Below are positions 38,826 through 53,794 of a stretch of DNA of 64,000 bases, in pieces. Both the position numbers and the translations under genes were made by a program. The DNA comes from the human T2T-CHM13v2.0 reference genome, Homo sapiens. The notes beneath the pieces are model-generated. The model saw only the letters and a program-made list of their open reading frames with translations, did no database searches and was not told the origin of the DNA. Numbering within the stretch: position 1 is the stretch's first letter; each line of letters begins with the position of its first letter. The stretch lies in assembly GCF_009914755.1 (NCBI RefSeq), contig NC_060938.1. One strand, 5' to 3'.

Positions 38826-40759
38826 TATCTGAAAAGACATACAAAACTAGGTTTTGTCTGGGAGGACAAGTAGTTTGGTATTGCTGGAACATCAAGTGTG
38901 CATGGAAGTGGTTGTGTGAAGGCTGGAATTAAGGACGTGAGAGACAGTGACTGTGTGAAGGAGACGCAGCAAGCTCCGGAGCCTGCCTGAGTGTTGGCAG
39001 ATAACGGGGACATGAGATGTGTCCATGCTCTCAACAAGCTCAGAATCTCTTTGTAGAAGCAGACATGGGATTCCAAGCCTGATGGAAGTGTAAGGGAACC
39101 CCCTTAAGAACACTGAGGAGATGGTGGGGCCTGGCTGCGTGTATGAGTGGGGAAAACATTAAAGAGAATGGCATTTGAGCTAGAACTGAAGGCTGAGTAG
39201 ATCAAAAGCTTTGTGTGGGGGTGAGAGTTTGGGAACGGGAAGAGGGCATTTCATGCTGAAGAAACAGGCATTGAAACAGGGCAGGGTCAGAGAACATTTG
39301 AGAATCTGAGAGTGGCCCAGCATTCCTGAAATAAAGGAGAGACTCATCTCTCCCATACATTGAGAGATGAGTCCTGGAAAAATAAGTGTGGGGGAGACAG
39401 CGGCTGAGCTCAAACCCCATGCTACGGAGTTTGAACTTTCTCCCGCAGGCAGTGGGGAGCCACTGGCATCTTGTGAGCAGGGGAATGGTCTGATGGACCT
39501 TTAGAAAGGTCAGTCCAATAACAGTATGAAAATATGATTGGAGGCAGCTGTGCTCACCACTGTACCACCAACACTGAAAATACGATTGGGAGAAAGATGA
39601 GGGAAGGTGTTCTGATTGTCTGGTCTATAGAGGCTGGGGTTAATGCAGGGAGGAATAACGTGTTCATTTGGACTATTTTCACATACATAGTAGTCGAGGG
39701 AATCATATAGGGAAGCCCCAGGTCCCCATTGCCCAGCCTTGGCCATCATCCACTGCAACCCATCTTGTCTTATCCAGGCCTCCTCCTCCATATGCATGGC
39801 CCTCTCTTCACACTACATTATTTTGAAGCAAATCTCAGTCATCGTATTTTATTTGTAAGTCCCACCTGTGGTATCCTCCAACAAGGACTCCAAGAACCAG
39901 AACGTGATTGCCTCACCTAAAAATATTAACTGCAATTCCTTACTCTCAGGAGTAAGCATTAAATCTCCCCTCCCCTCCTCCCTTTTTCATTTGGTTGGTT
40001 TGGGTCCTGAATTGAATTGAGTCCTGAGATCCAAATCAGGTACACACATTACACTAGGTTGTGATATGTGCTGGTTCCTCCTCTCCTTTTTCTCCTTGCA
40101 ATTTAATTGTTAAATCAGGTTGTTCCCATACGTTTGAGAGATATGATAGTCAACCAAGGGTGATTTTGCCCCCCAAGGGACATTTGGCAATGTTTGGAGA
40201 CGCTCTTAGTTGTCGCCGCTTGGGGGGAGGGGCTGCTTGCATGTAACAGGGCCCACAGCAGAGGCTCACCTGGGCTGAAGTGTGGTGGCTCGACTGCCCG
40301 GTGCTGCGGGAGGACACCTCCTGCCATTCCCCCACGTTCCCTGGTTCCCTGCGTCCAGATCGCTTTGCTTTTGGTTAACACACTCCTCTCTCTCTTGTAT
40401 TTTCCTAAGAACTGGTGGTTAGACCTCAGGGCTTGATCAGGTTCAGGCTGGACTTTCCGGCATTAAAAATACTTCTTAAGTGGCATATCACTTAGTCCTT
40501 GGCACATAAGTGGTGGCAGTTTGTTCCGTTTACGATAAAATTGCAGAAAGGGAGGATTTTGAGAGGCACTGGAGCATGGAATTGCTCCGGTGTGAGGTGT
40601 AAGGGGGAAGTTGGGGTCCAGCATTTGGCTCAACCCCAGACCCAGAGTCCAGGGACTGAGGCTGGGGCTTGGCTGCAGCACTGACTGGGTGATTTCAGGC
40701 GCTCACCCCACAGCCTGAGCCTTGCTTTCCTCTCTGTAAGCTAAGGATGCGCCAGCTCG

Positions 40760-41717
40760 GCCTGAACCATGGAATGCAGCGTGGGGCAGCCGCTCCCCAG
40801 CCTTCCTCCCTAGCCGTCTCCCTCCAGCTACAGGTGCCTTGCGGTGCCGCCACTGGAGGAGTCTTTGCAGGTTTATGGGACATCAGAGCAGGGAGGGAGC
40901 CGGGTGTCGGGGCTGCGGCAGGGTCCCCACCGGGCTGTCCACGAACCAGCGAACCAGCGGTGTTGGTGGTGTCTGGTGCCCAGGAGGAGGGCTTGTTTAC
41001 AGCTGCCGTATTTCCCGGGACCCTGGCTTCTGTCCTCAGGGACCCCTTCAGACCTTCCCCACCCTCCGAAGCCTCAACCCGCCCTGCGCCTCCCGGTGGC
41101 ACAGCGACCTTGGCGGCTTTGGCCCCTGAGCCGCTAGGCTGCCAAGGCGCGCTGTGCGCGTGGGGCCAGGCTCGACCTCACTCCTGTTGTCGCTGCAGAC
41201 CCGCGTGGGCTCCCGCCGGGCCCTCCTGCCGCCCCCCAGCCTCCCCGCCCCTGCCCTTGCCAGCCTGCGCCTTCCTGGGCGCCTGACGCACCCCTCTGCC
41301 CCAACCACGTTTTCTCAAGAGTGTTGTCTGTCCCGGCCTTCCAAGGAGACCCTTAGCTCCCGCCGGCCGCCTCCGGAGCCTCCGGCATGGGCCCCAGGCC
41401 GGGGTCCCGCCTTTGCCCCGGCCTCCGCTGCCTCGCCCCGGAGCCCGGAGGAGGGGAGCCGGCCACCCGGGGAAGAAGCGGAGGACGCCGATCTGGCCTC
41501 CTGCGTTGCGCGCTCCAACCCTCTGCTTGGCCGCCCGCGAACCGCGCTCTCCCGTTTCCTTTCCGTCCCGTCTCGGGGGCTTCATCCTCCAGCCGTGGCC
41601 GTGGCCGTGGCCAGGTGTACCGGAGCGGCACCCAGGAGCCCGCCCTAGCACCCGCTCCCGCTCCCACCTCGTCTGCGCCCACCCGCTCTGGGCAGCTGCT
41701 CCCAAGGGAGCCCCTCG
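40760..41717. promoter_or_regulatory. Intronic CpG island
   Basis: About 1 kb of GC- and CpG-rich, non-Alu sequence in intron 2. Confidence 0.7.
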
Positions 41718-42856
41718 CCCTCTCTCTCTCCTTCCCTCATTCCCTTCATCCTTCTCTCCCTGTGTGCCTCCTTCCCTCCCTCCCTCTCTCCCCCTTCTCT
41801 CTTTCTCCCTCTCCCACTCCCTCTCTCCCCACCCTTTCTTCCCCTCCCCCCTCCCCCTCCCCCTTCTTCCCCTCCCCCTCCCCATCCCTCTCTCTCCCCT
41901 CTCTCTTTTTCCCCCTCCCCCTCCCTCTCTTTCCTCTTTCTCTCTCCCCCTCCCCCTCCCTCTCTCCTCCCTCTCTCTTTCTCCCCCTTCCCCCTCTCTC
42001 CCCCCCTTTCTCCCCATTCCCCTCCCTCTCTCCCCCTTCCCCTCCCTCTCTCCCCCTTCCCCTCCCTCTCCCCCTTCCCCTCCCTCTCTCCCCTTCTCTC
42101 TCTCTTTCTCCCCTTCCCTCTCTCTCCCCTCTGTCTCTTTCTCCCCTTCCCTCTCTCTCCCCCCCTTTCTCCCCATTCCCCTCCCTCTCTCCCCCTTCCC
42201 CTCCCTCTCTCCCCCTTCCCCTCCCTCTCCCCCTTCCCCTCCCTCTCTCCCCTTCTCTCTCTCTTTCTCCCCTTCCCTCTCTCTCCCCTCTGTCTCTTTC
42301 TCCCCCCCTTTCCACTTTCTCTCTTTCTCCCCCCTTCCCCTCCCTCTCTCTCCCCTCTCTCTTTCTCCCCTTCCCCCTGCCTCTCTTTCCCCTTTCTCTC
42401 TTGTTCTCCCCCTTCCCCTCCCTCTCTCCTCCCTCTCTTTTCCTCCTCCCCCCTTCCCCTCCCTCTTTCTCCCCCTCTGCCCTCTCCCCCTTCCCCCTCC
42501 CCTCCCTCTCCCTCTCTCTTTCTCCCCCTCCCTCTCTGCCCCCCTCTCTCCCTCTCCCCCCTCCCTTCCCCCTCCCCCTCCCCCTCCCCTCTCTCTTTCT
42601 CTTCCTCCCTCTCTCCTCCTCTCTTTGTCCCTCTCCCCCTCTCTCTTTCTCCCCCTCTTTTCTCTCTACCCCCTCTTTTTCCCCCTCCCCCTCTCTCTCT
42701 CCTCCTCTCTCTTTCTCCCCCCTTCTCCCCCTCTCCCCCTCCCCCTCCCTCTCTCCCCATTTCTCTTTCTCCCCTCCCCCTCTCTCTCTCCCCCCCCTTT
42801 CTCCCCCTCTCTTTCCCCCTCCCTCTCTCCCACTCTCTCTCCTTCTCCCCCTCTCT
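41718..42856. repeat. ~1.14 kb C/T polypyrimidine low-complexity tract with an internal 159-bp-period duplication
   Basis: Almost only C and T; the CCCCATTCCC landmark occurs at 42016 and 42175. Confidence 0.95.
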
Positions 42857-43910
42857 GAGCCCAGGTTCTTGGTGGCATCTGCTTTGGGCAGCTCTGCAGC
42901 TCCTTCCTCAGGGAGATCACCTCACCTTCCCAGGGACAGACAATGTCTCATGCGGAGAGGCCCTGCCCTCCTGAGCTGATGTCCCATCGGGGAGGAAGAT
43001 GCCCCCTCAGAGTTGGTGGGAGCACCAGGTCACGGTGTTGTGGGGCAGGCAGCTGGTGGCTGGGCTGGGCAGAGCAGGCAGACTGGCTCCTCTCTCTGGT
43101 CTTGGCCCTGACGAGAGAATGGAGTGGGGCATGGTGGCCAAAAGGCCAAGGGCCCCTTTGGAACTGTGCCCGAGGGCTGACTTATTTTCTCAGGGGCAGA
43201 AGCCTATCCTCAGTGTGTCCCCATGGCAGTCAAGACCCATGGACTTGCTTCCCAGCCCCCTAGGCTGGGCCACCTTCCATGCAGCCGACCTTCCAGCGGG
43301 GGTCAGAAGCCACGGGGGAGCCCTGTCATTGGCCTCTACCCAAGGTCCTCGCTGTGAGTGCTGGGCTGGCACTATAGTGAAATAAAAAGGAGATGGAGAA
43401 CATTATCTACTGGAACACGCACGTATGTGACTGAACATCTAAAGCCAGGACAGCTCCTAGGAGCAGCTCCTCCAGACTGTGGAATCAATGCCAGGGGCAC
43501 CCAGAGAAGGCGGAGCAGAAACCTGTCTAACTGGGGGATTCTGTGGAGGAGCTGGTTATGGAGGGGCTTTTAGGGAAGAAAGACCCAGGCTTTCATGGCA
43601 AAAGATTGACAGATGTCAAGCTCAGAGCCCAAGAAAGTACCTTTTGAGGAAAAAGCCACAGACTGAGGGAGAGAAGGGAACCGAGACCCCTGCCTCCCAG
43701 GTCAGAGGCTGCCTGCTGTTCCGGGCAGTCTGTCACATGAGACAGCTCTTTCCAGGCATTCCTAAGCACCTTAGTAGAAAGTAAAGCAGCTCTTATTGCT
43801 TATGAAAATTTCATTCAAGGATGAGAACAAATTAATGTCTGGGGCTGGAGTTGGTGTGTCTGCTCTCCTTGGCCCTAAACTAGGTAGGTTTGTGTCTCCA
43901 GGATGGAGTC

Positions 43911-44281
43911 TATATTAGTTCATTTTCACACAGCTATAAAAAACTACCTGAGATTGGGTAATTTATAAACAAAAGATGTGTAATTGACTCACAGTTTCAC
44001 CTAGCTGGGGAGGCCTCAGGAAACTTACCATCATGGCAGAAGGTGAAGGGGAAGCAAGGCACTTCTTACACGGCAGCAGGAGAGAGAGAGAAAGTGGGGG
44101 GGGGGAACTGCCAAACACTTGTAAGTCATCAGATCTCCTGAGAACTCACTCACTATCACAAGAACAGCAGGGGGGAAACTGCCCCCACAATCCAGTCACC
44201 TCCCACCAGGTCCCTCCCTTGACTCGTGGGGATTACAATTTGAGATGAGATTTGGGTGGGGACACAGAAGCAAACTGTCTC
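43911..44281 (-). mobile_element. MSTA-like solo LTR
   Basis: Closely similar to the LTR at 2133-2508. Confidence 0.9.
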
Positions 44282-44844
44282 AGAGAGTGACAGCCTTTTT
44301 AAAGAGCACATATGCAGACACAGACTCCCTTTCTTTGGGCAGAAAGAAGGGTGGGCAACGAGCACATTATGTAAATCATCTTGACGGTGGACACAGCAGC
44401 TGTTGGCTGTCACTGCTGGATAGTGGTCGCAGCAAACAGCTGTGGGCCAGGTCACTGCTTGCTACCTAGAGAGCCCTTCAGCTGGGGGGCCCAGAGCACA
44501 GCTGAACTCCACGGGCCCCCTTGGTGAGCTCCTTTGGCCTCTGTGGATGACAGGGGACCCCTGGTTCCTCTGCTTCGTGCATCTTCAGACTCTTCTCCAC
44601 CTCTGCTGAGTAGTTCAGTTGGCAGCGTTGCAGGTTGGCTGCAGGGGTGTTGACCAGCCCTGGAGCTATGGTGCAGCCTGGGAATGAGCACGCACACCAG
44701 GAGCCTAGGACAATGGCAGCAGAACAGCTCCAGCGGAGCGTTTCCTGGGGCTCAAGGGGAGGCACTCAGATGGCCTGCTTTGGGTGTTCAAGACTGAGTG
44801 GTGAGCCAGCAGGGAACACCTAGCATTTTGTGAGATACTCAGCC

Positions 44845-45341
44845 GTATTCATCTCCTTGCACCACTGTACAAGTTACACATGCAGTGGCTCCAAAGAGCA
44901 TAAACTTACTATGTTACCGTTCTGGCATGTAGGTCTGAAATGAGGCCAAAATGAAGGTGTCAGCAGGGTCGTGATGGCTCTGGACGTTCTAGAGGAGAAT
45001 CTATTTCCAGCCTTTCCCACCTTCTAGAGGCCACCTGCCTGCCTTGGTTCATGGCCACTTCCCTGCATCTTCCAACCCAGCCATGTAGCATCTTCACATC
45101 TCTCTCTGACCCCTGCTTTCATTGTCCCATTGCCTTCTCTTGTCTCCCTCCTGCCTCCCTCTTGTAATGACCTGTGTGATTCCCTTGGACCCACCTGGAT
45201 GATCCAGAATCATCGTCCCATCTCAAGATTCTTAACTGAATCCCATCTGCAGAGTCCCTGTCGCCAAGCAAGGTCCCATATTCACCAGTTCCAGGAATTA
45301 GGATGTGGACATCTTTAGGCGTCATTATTTAGTCTACCACA
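44845..45341 (-). mobile_element. MLT1 (MLT1C/D-like) MaLR LTR
   Basis: CTTCTAGAGGCCACCTGC...GGATGTGGACATCTTT...CTACCACA. Confidence 0.75.
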
Positions 45342-45602
45342 TCAACCTATGTGGTAAATATTTAGCAATCAAAAGTTTGAAGGAAGATACGAGAAATTAG
45401 GCATCTTTGAATCTTTCAGTCTAATATTGCTGAAGGTGGGACATAAGCCCCATACTCCAGCCACTCTAAGGAATGATGTCTTCCATGGAGTGAAGGGGAA
45501 TGCCCCAGAGTAAGACTCATGTATATGTTTTTCTATATTTTAATAGTGCTACAAAATACAACCATTGTACATATTCATTTGTTTTTGTTTTTGTTTTGGA
45601 AG

Positions 45603-45768
45603 CAAATTTCCGTCAGGAAAAACAGCCTTGTTGCTGTCCCGTCTACAGTATCTGCTAAAATAAAAGTACCAGTCTCTCAGCCCATAGTGAAGAAAGACAA
45701 ACGGCAAAATTCTTCAAGGTTTAGCGCAAGCAATAATAGAGAACTTCAAAAACTACCATCCTTAAAAG
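45603..45768 (+). CDS. PPP2R5C: PPP2R5C coding exon 3, QISVRKNSLVAVPSTVSAKIKVPVSQPIVKKDKRQNSSRFSASNNRELQKLPSLK(D)
   Basis: Acceptor (GTTTTT)n GGAAG|CAA and donor AAG|GTAATT; 166 nt, phase 0/1; contains the B56-family RELQKLP.LKD motif. Confidence 0.93.
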
Positions 45769-46556
45769 GTAATTTTTATTTGTCTTTTAAAAGTTAAATT
45801 GTGGCTGTTGGAGTGAAGGAGCAATGTTTTGATAGTGTGCTAATTTATTCCTTTGCTGTGTTTGTATTTTGTGGGGTCATCTTTTCTGTATTGAGGGGTT
45901 TTTTTTTTTTTAGGTTGAATGTCATTAACTTACTTACTCAATTAACATTTTAAATTCCAGAGCTATTCAAGATAAAAGTTTAACAACACAGTATAGGCAT
46001 AATACACTAAGGAAACAGGAAAAGCTGAACATCTTTTTATTTATGGTATTAAGCTAGCCAGTTTTTCTTTTAAATTAATTTTCATTTGTTTGTCTTAGAA
46101 CTGTAGCAATTCCGAAAGGAATTACTCCAAGTACAGTAATTGTAAAAATTATAGTAGAAGTTCCCTATGTTTCTAAAGTAAGGACTGTAGCTATAGTACA
46201 TTATGGACTTGCTTTGTTATGAGTCATTTGAGGATTACCTCTACTCAAGCATTTCTTATATGAAATTAGGAAAAAGTGCTCTTTACTTTGAATTTCCCCC
46301 CAAATGACACAGCCATCTCTTTCCATCTCAGGTTGTTTAATCCCTAAAAGTCTTCCTTTAGATTTTGAGATTGAGGTGCTTAAAACCTTATCAAGGAAAA
46401 CAGAGTAAGGACCGTAAAGTCAAATGTGAACCTCTTAAAACCTTTATAATTACTAAAATATAAGACAGATATACTAAATAAAATAACATTTTTCATACCT
46501 TAAATTTATAATAATGGATCTTTTACAATTAATTTCCACTGAATATTAATTCAGCA

Positions 46557-46850
46557 ACCAGTCCAGTGGCTCGCGCTTATAATCTCATCACTTTAGGAGG
46601 CTGAGGCAGAAGGATCACTTGAGCCCAGGAGTTCGAGACCAGCCTAGGCAACATAGGGAGACTCCGTCTCTACAAAAAAATAAAATTTGCTGGGCATGGT
46701 GGCACACACCTGTGGTCCCGGCTACTCAGGAGGCTGAAGTGGGAGGATTGCTTGAGCCTGGGAGGCCAAGGCTACAGTGAACCATGATCGTGCCACTGCA
46801 CTTCAGCGTGGATGACAGACTGAGATCTTGTTCTCAGGAAAAAGAAAAGT
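46557..46850 (+). mobile_element. AluJ-like element
   Basis: Alu body. Confidence 0.9.
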
Positions 46851-47065
46851 AAATATGAACTCAGTGAGAGCAGGCAGTCTGTCATGTTTATAGCTGTATT
46901 CCCAGGCTTTCCACACTGTAAAGCAGATAGCAGATTTGCCAGGTGGAAGGAGGAAGGGAGGAAGGGAGGCTGGGTGGATGGTGGATTTATGGGTGGGTGG
47001 ATGGGTGGGTGGATTTACGGGTGGATGAATTTTCTTGCCCCCTACTTGCTAGAAATCCAGGTTCT

Positions 47066-47455
<390 letters not shown>

Positions 47456-49839
47456 TCATTTTTTATTATTAGTCTTCCTCTTCCCAAATAGGATATACCT
47501 TTCTCATGCTATTCATTCATTCAGCAAATATGTGTTGAGCGCCTGTGAAAGCTATTCTAGGTACTAGGGGTACAGAATTACACAAAACCAAGCCCCTATT
47601 CTCCTGGAGTGAGCAACCCATTGGTGAGACAGCAAGGAAAGGGATAGGTATCAACTCCTCCTTCCAGTACCCTCCGGAGGCCCAGAGTCAGAGGGAGGGA
47701 AAAGGCTTTGTATAACCACTGTTGGGCCTTCATGTCCCAAGCCCTGCCCCTAATGCCCATCACAGCTGGGGCTTGGATCTGCCATGGTACAGAAGGTTGG
47801 CCGTGTGCCCCATTTTTCCATGCATGCCCCGCCTCAGCCAGTGCATGCTGGGTGTGTACTGCTGCTGAATTTGGTCAAATGCCATATGATTTTTCTCCTT
47901 AAGATGTTAAGATTATAATTGCTGTGTTGATAGATTTTTCTGGTTTTGAACCATCTTTGCATTTGTCAGTTTTGTCGCCGTATATTATTCCATGCGCGGG
48001 GCAGAGCCCATGCAAGTACCGGTGTGTGCCGGCCTCTAGCATACTTCCTTTACCTCTTCTGAGGAGTCGCTGCACAAGCCTCTTTCTACATCTGTTCTAC
48101 ATCTGTTTTCTATTCTCAACCTCCGTTTCCTTCGTTTTTCATTATACCTAGTAAGAATGGCATGCAATATACTTCCACTGACGCTTACATTTTCACTTTT
48201 CCCCAAAATGGTAAATTCTCCATAGTAAATCCACATATCCAGGAGAATTTCACATGTATCAAGCCAGTTCCCCTCACTGGTCTTGTTTGATAATTCTCTC
48301 TTGGCTGTTCTAAAACATTAATGCCTCTGTATATATACTAAAATAATTTCACCTAGTTCAGAAAAATAATAATTGATTGGAATTAAAGTTATATATTAAT
48401 TTGGTGAAAATTGATACCTTTTTTCCATCTAGGAAGATGGTATATATCCCCCATTTTTCTGGGTCTTGTTTTCTGACTTATAAAATTTTATGGTTTTCTT
48501 GTAAATCTCTAACTTTCCAGTAAATTTATTTCTAAATACTCTATAGCTTTTGTCACACTTGTGACTGGGTTATATTTTTTCCCATTTCCACTTCTAATTG
48601 GTTTTTGTTAATCTCATGCAGAGCTATTGGTTTTTAAATATTTTCTTTTGCCGTCACCTTACCACATTTTCGTATTAGTCTTAATTAATTTTTCCACTAC
48701 AGTCTGCATATATAGTCCTGTTGTTTGCAATAGATTCTTTTATCTCTCTTCCACTATTTATGCCAACATAGACTAGTTATTTTAATTTTATTCTGCCACT
48801 AAGAAGGACCAATAAAACCTGGAACAGAGGTGATAGCAGGCATTCCTGTTTTCTCCCATTTCAGTAAATGGCTTCAGCGTTTCCTAAGTTGATGGGAAAG
48901 TGGCTCTTGGTTTCTGGTAAGCAGCCTTTGCAAGGCCGCTGGTGCTCCGGAGTCCAAGCTCACAGGACTCTTCCCGGACCCATGCAGGCTGGTTGGCGCC
49001 ATGCCAGTGCATGCTGGGTGGGTACTGCTGCTGAATTTGGTCAAATGCCATATGATTTTCCTCTTTAAGATGTTACTATTATAATTGCTGTGTTGACAGA
49101 TTTTTCTGGTTTTGAAATATCTTTGCATTTTGTCAGTTTTGTCACAGTGTATTTTCATAGTGTTTGGAACTAATTTTCTTTAGAATATTTGCTTCCGTAT
49201 TTACTACATGGAGCTGGTCTGTAGTTTTGTTCTTTTTCATAAACCTGTATTTTGTCCTGTCTAAGATTTGTTGTCACCAGCACTTTGTGAAGGTTCCTGG
49301 GGTGGCCTGCAGCAGCTTTTCCCGCAGCTCCCTCACACTGCCACCTTATGACAGGGATAATGAGATGGACCCGGATTTCAGAAACAATAAAATGTGGAAT
49401 GTGTCCATGAAATAGGGTTGAAAGTTTGACTTGGAACTCAGTGGGCCTGTTGCTTTTCTCTATGAAACGTCTGTAGCTTCTTAGCACAGTGCGTCCATTT
49501 AGAAAGGGGGGTCTGTTAACTAGTACATGGTCATTGTTTAATGCACCTTTTAATCTCTTCCTTATCAGTGGCGGTTATGTCTCCTTATAAGTTCATTTAT
49601 TCTTTTGACTGTTCTGTTTGTGTTCAGTATTATTCATCTGTACTTTTATCTTTAATTATCCTATGTCTTTTATTTTAACCTTTTCTTCATTTATTAAGTT
49701 GAATAGAGAGTTGACTTATTTTTAGTTTGCTTTTTAATAATAAAAGAATTTAAAGCCACGTATTCATTCTGAGTGTAACCTTCAGCCCTATCCCTAGATT
49801 TTATTTTTTCCTAACTTTTCAAGTCATAGGTTTTTCTTT

Positions 49840-50960
<1,121 letters not shown>

Positions 50961-52457
50961 TTCTTCTTGTTGAATTGTAACAGTATGTTTTCCCAGATAT
51001 GAGTCCTTTATTTTAACAGAAAATAAAATACAGTAAAAATAAATTATTACAGAAGTGAAGTACAAAATACACTGTGTATAAAATAGTGTTTTTATTATTA
51101 TAGTCAGTAGACATAAGATTACCCTGTTAAGTTGATACGAAAGTTTTGAAACGCTTATTCTCAATTTTTGTTATTCGTTGTAAATCTTCAGATTTGTCTA
51201 TATGTGTCAAACCCTTCTTTTGAGCTTTTAATTTCAGGGTTTTTTTTTTCATTTATGAAAGTTCTGTTTGGTTCTTTTTTCAGTCTGCAGTGCCATTTTA
51301 AAATATTTTCCTATTCTCTTGAACATACCATCAAAACTTGTATGGTATACAAGTTTAGTATAGTATACTAAATAAGTATAGTAAACGCAGCTGTTTTATA
51401 GCCTGCGTCAGGTCACACTAGTATCTGAGGTGTTTGACACATTTTGTTCATGATGTCTTATTTCCTTGTGTACCTGATTTTTTTTATTGTATATTGGTCA
51501 TTGTATTCAGATATGTGAAATAAATTGAAACCTAGAATCAAAGTGTCTTCTTCAATAGGGATTTGTTTTTGCTCTGCCAGACACCTGGAGGCACTGCCAA
51601 TCTGGGAGTGCCTTAAACCACAACACTGGTTTGTTAAATCAACCGACCCAGTTGTTCTGCAATATATCCCACTTACCCCACTGCGGTTCCTGTAAATGGA
51701 AACCTTTTTTGGCTGAAATACATCAGAGGCAACGCTTTATAACTTAGGAGATAGTGACATTATTGTGAGAGATGCATAGCCTCTGGTTGCCTATCATCAG
51801 AAGTGATGCTAAATTTTCAGTTTTACTAGTGAATTCAGTTGATGACAGATTGATATCTCTATTGAACAATTACATATTTCCCTTTACAATTCAAAAAGTA
51901 CTAGTAATAGTCTGCAGTGTATATTTTGGCATCCTACCAATGTGTATTCCCTGTCAACCATGTGCTAATGTCTTGAACAACAGTTGATAATCCTTGCCTG
52001 AGTCAGTAGTTTCAGTTTCACTAGCGAATTCAACATTTACTCTAACGTTCTTCTGAAAGCAGTGATTTTTCTTACCAACCAGAGATACTTGGTTATCTTG
52101 AAATGGAGCTCCTACTGAAAAAGAAGGATAAGCTTAATTCTTTGTCTTTTATTACCAGTTCCCTCTAATGGTGACAGCTGAAGCTTTTTTCTAGCTTTCT
52201 CTTTGTTTTAATATCATTGTGGACTAATATATTGTTGATTTCAGTGTGTTTTCATGTACCAAAAGCATTAGTCTTTCTGGTGTTCAGATGGCATAATTGC
52301 AATCATTAAGTGCCCTTTAGGGTAGCTCGTGTGTTTTTTTGTTTGTTTTTGTTTTTTTACATAGCCTCATTTATTTTTGATTCCTTGATTTCTGACACAG
52401 TGAGACATCCCTTGGGCTCATTTAATACCTTCTCTTCCCCAGACTTCAAATCAGCCA

Positions 52458-52934
<477 letters not shown>

Positions 52935-52963
52935 TAAATTTAATTTTAACATTATAGTGTTTT

Positions 52964-53794
52964 TGAAGCAGGATATTTCCCTGACCACTTCACGGGCAGG
53001 AACTGGACTGCGTGGGTGTGGGAACTAGCTGGCCCCTTCAGCGCCAGCAAGGGCGATCTCCACTTACTCGCTGCTCCACCCCTCGTGGGAGGGGAAGTGC
53101 AGGTGAGCTGGTGCAGGAGCACTTTTGGGCACCAGCAGGAGCAAACCCCATACCAGCCCCATGGCAGCGTCTTCAGGGGTCCCTGTGATCCCTGAAGCCC
53201 CAGAGAAAGTGTTGCAGTACTCTTTTAGCTCTGCCATCCATGGATGACTTAAGTGTTAACAGCTCAGTGGAGGGTCAGTGGGACAACCTTTTACACCCAT
53301 ACTCATGGCACCCAAGTTGTTGTCCAGCATCCAGGAGGAATGAGGTTGCATGAAGGAATTGAAGATGGTAAATGCAGGGGATTTTATTGCCAATGAAAGT
53401 GGCTCTCAGTGGGAAGGGAAGCTAAAAAGGAGACAGAGTGGGAAGGTAATCTTCCCCTGAAGTCTGGCTGTCTCCAGCCAGATTCTTCTCTGAAGTTACG
53501 CCATCAAGTTGTCCCTCTGAAGTCAAGCCACTTCTTTCCAACATCCAACTCTAGTCTCCTATGTCCAGTTGCTTCTCTTCTCTCTACCAGCTGAGCCTGG
53601 GGTTTTTATGGGCACAGGATGGAGGCACGGGGCAAGCCATGGGTGGTTTTGGAAAAGGCAACATTCGAGTGGGGAAACAGGAATGCATGTTCTCACTTTG
53701 GACCAAGGTTCCAGGCTTTTCGGCTTGAGGCTAGGGCCCTCACAAGGGACGTGCCCTCTTCTGCCCAGAACTTCCCTGCTTCCTGTTCCTATCA
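52964..53794 (-). mobile_element. ERV1 solo LTR of the MER52/LTR27/LTR28 group
   Basis: The minus strand begins TGATAGGAACAGGAAGCAGGGAAG, contains CCCATAAAAACCCCAG and ends ...ATATCCTGCTTCA (TG...CA termini). Confidence 0.7.

Noticed and set aside
41178-42979. Long ORFs (530, 481, 371 and 332 aa) rich in Pro/Ser/Leu or Gly/Glu/Arg
   Set aside because: They are artefacts of the C/T-only tract, which cannot encode stop codons, and several frames on both strands are open.
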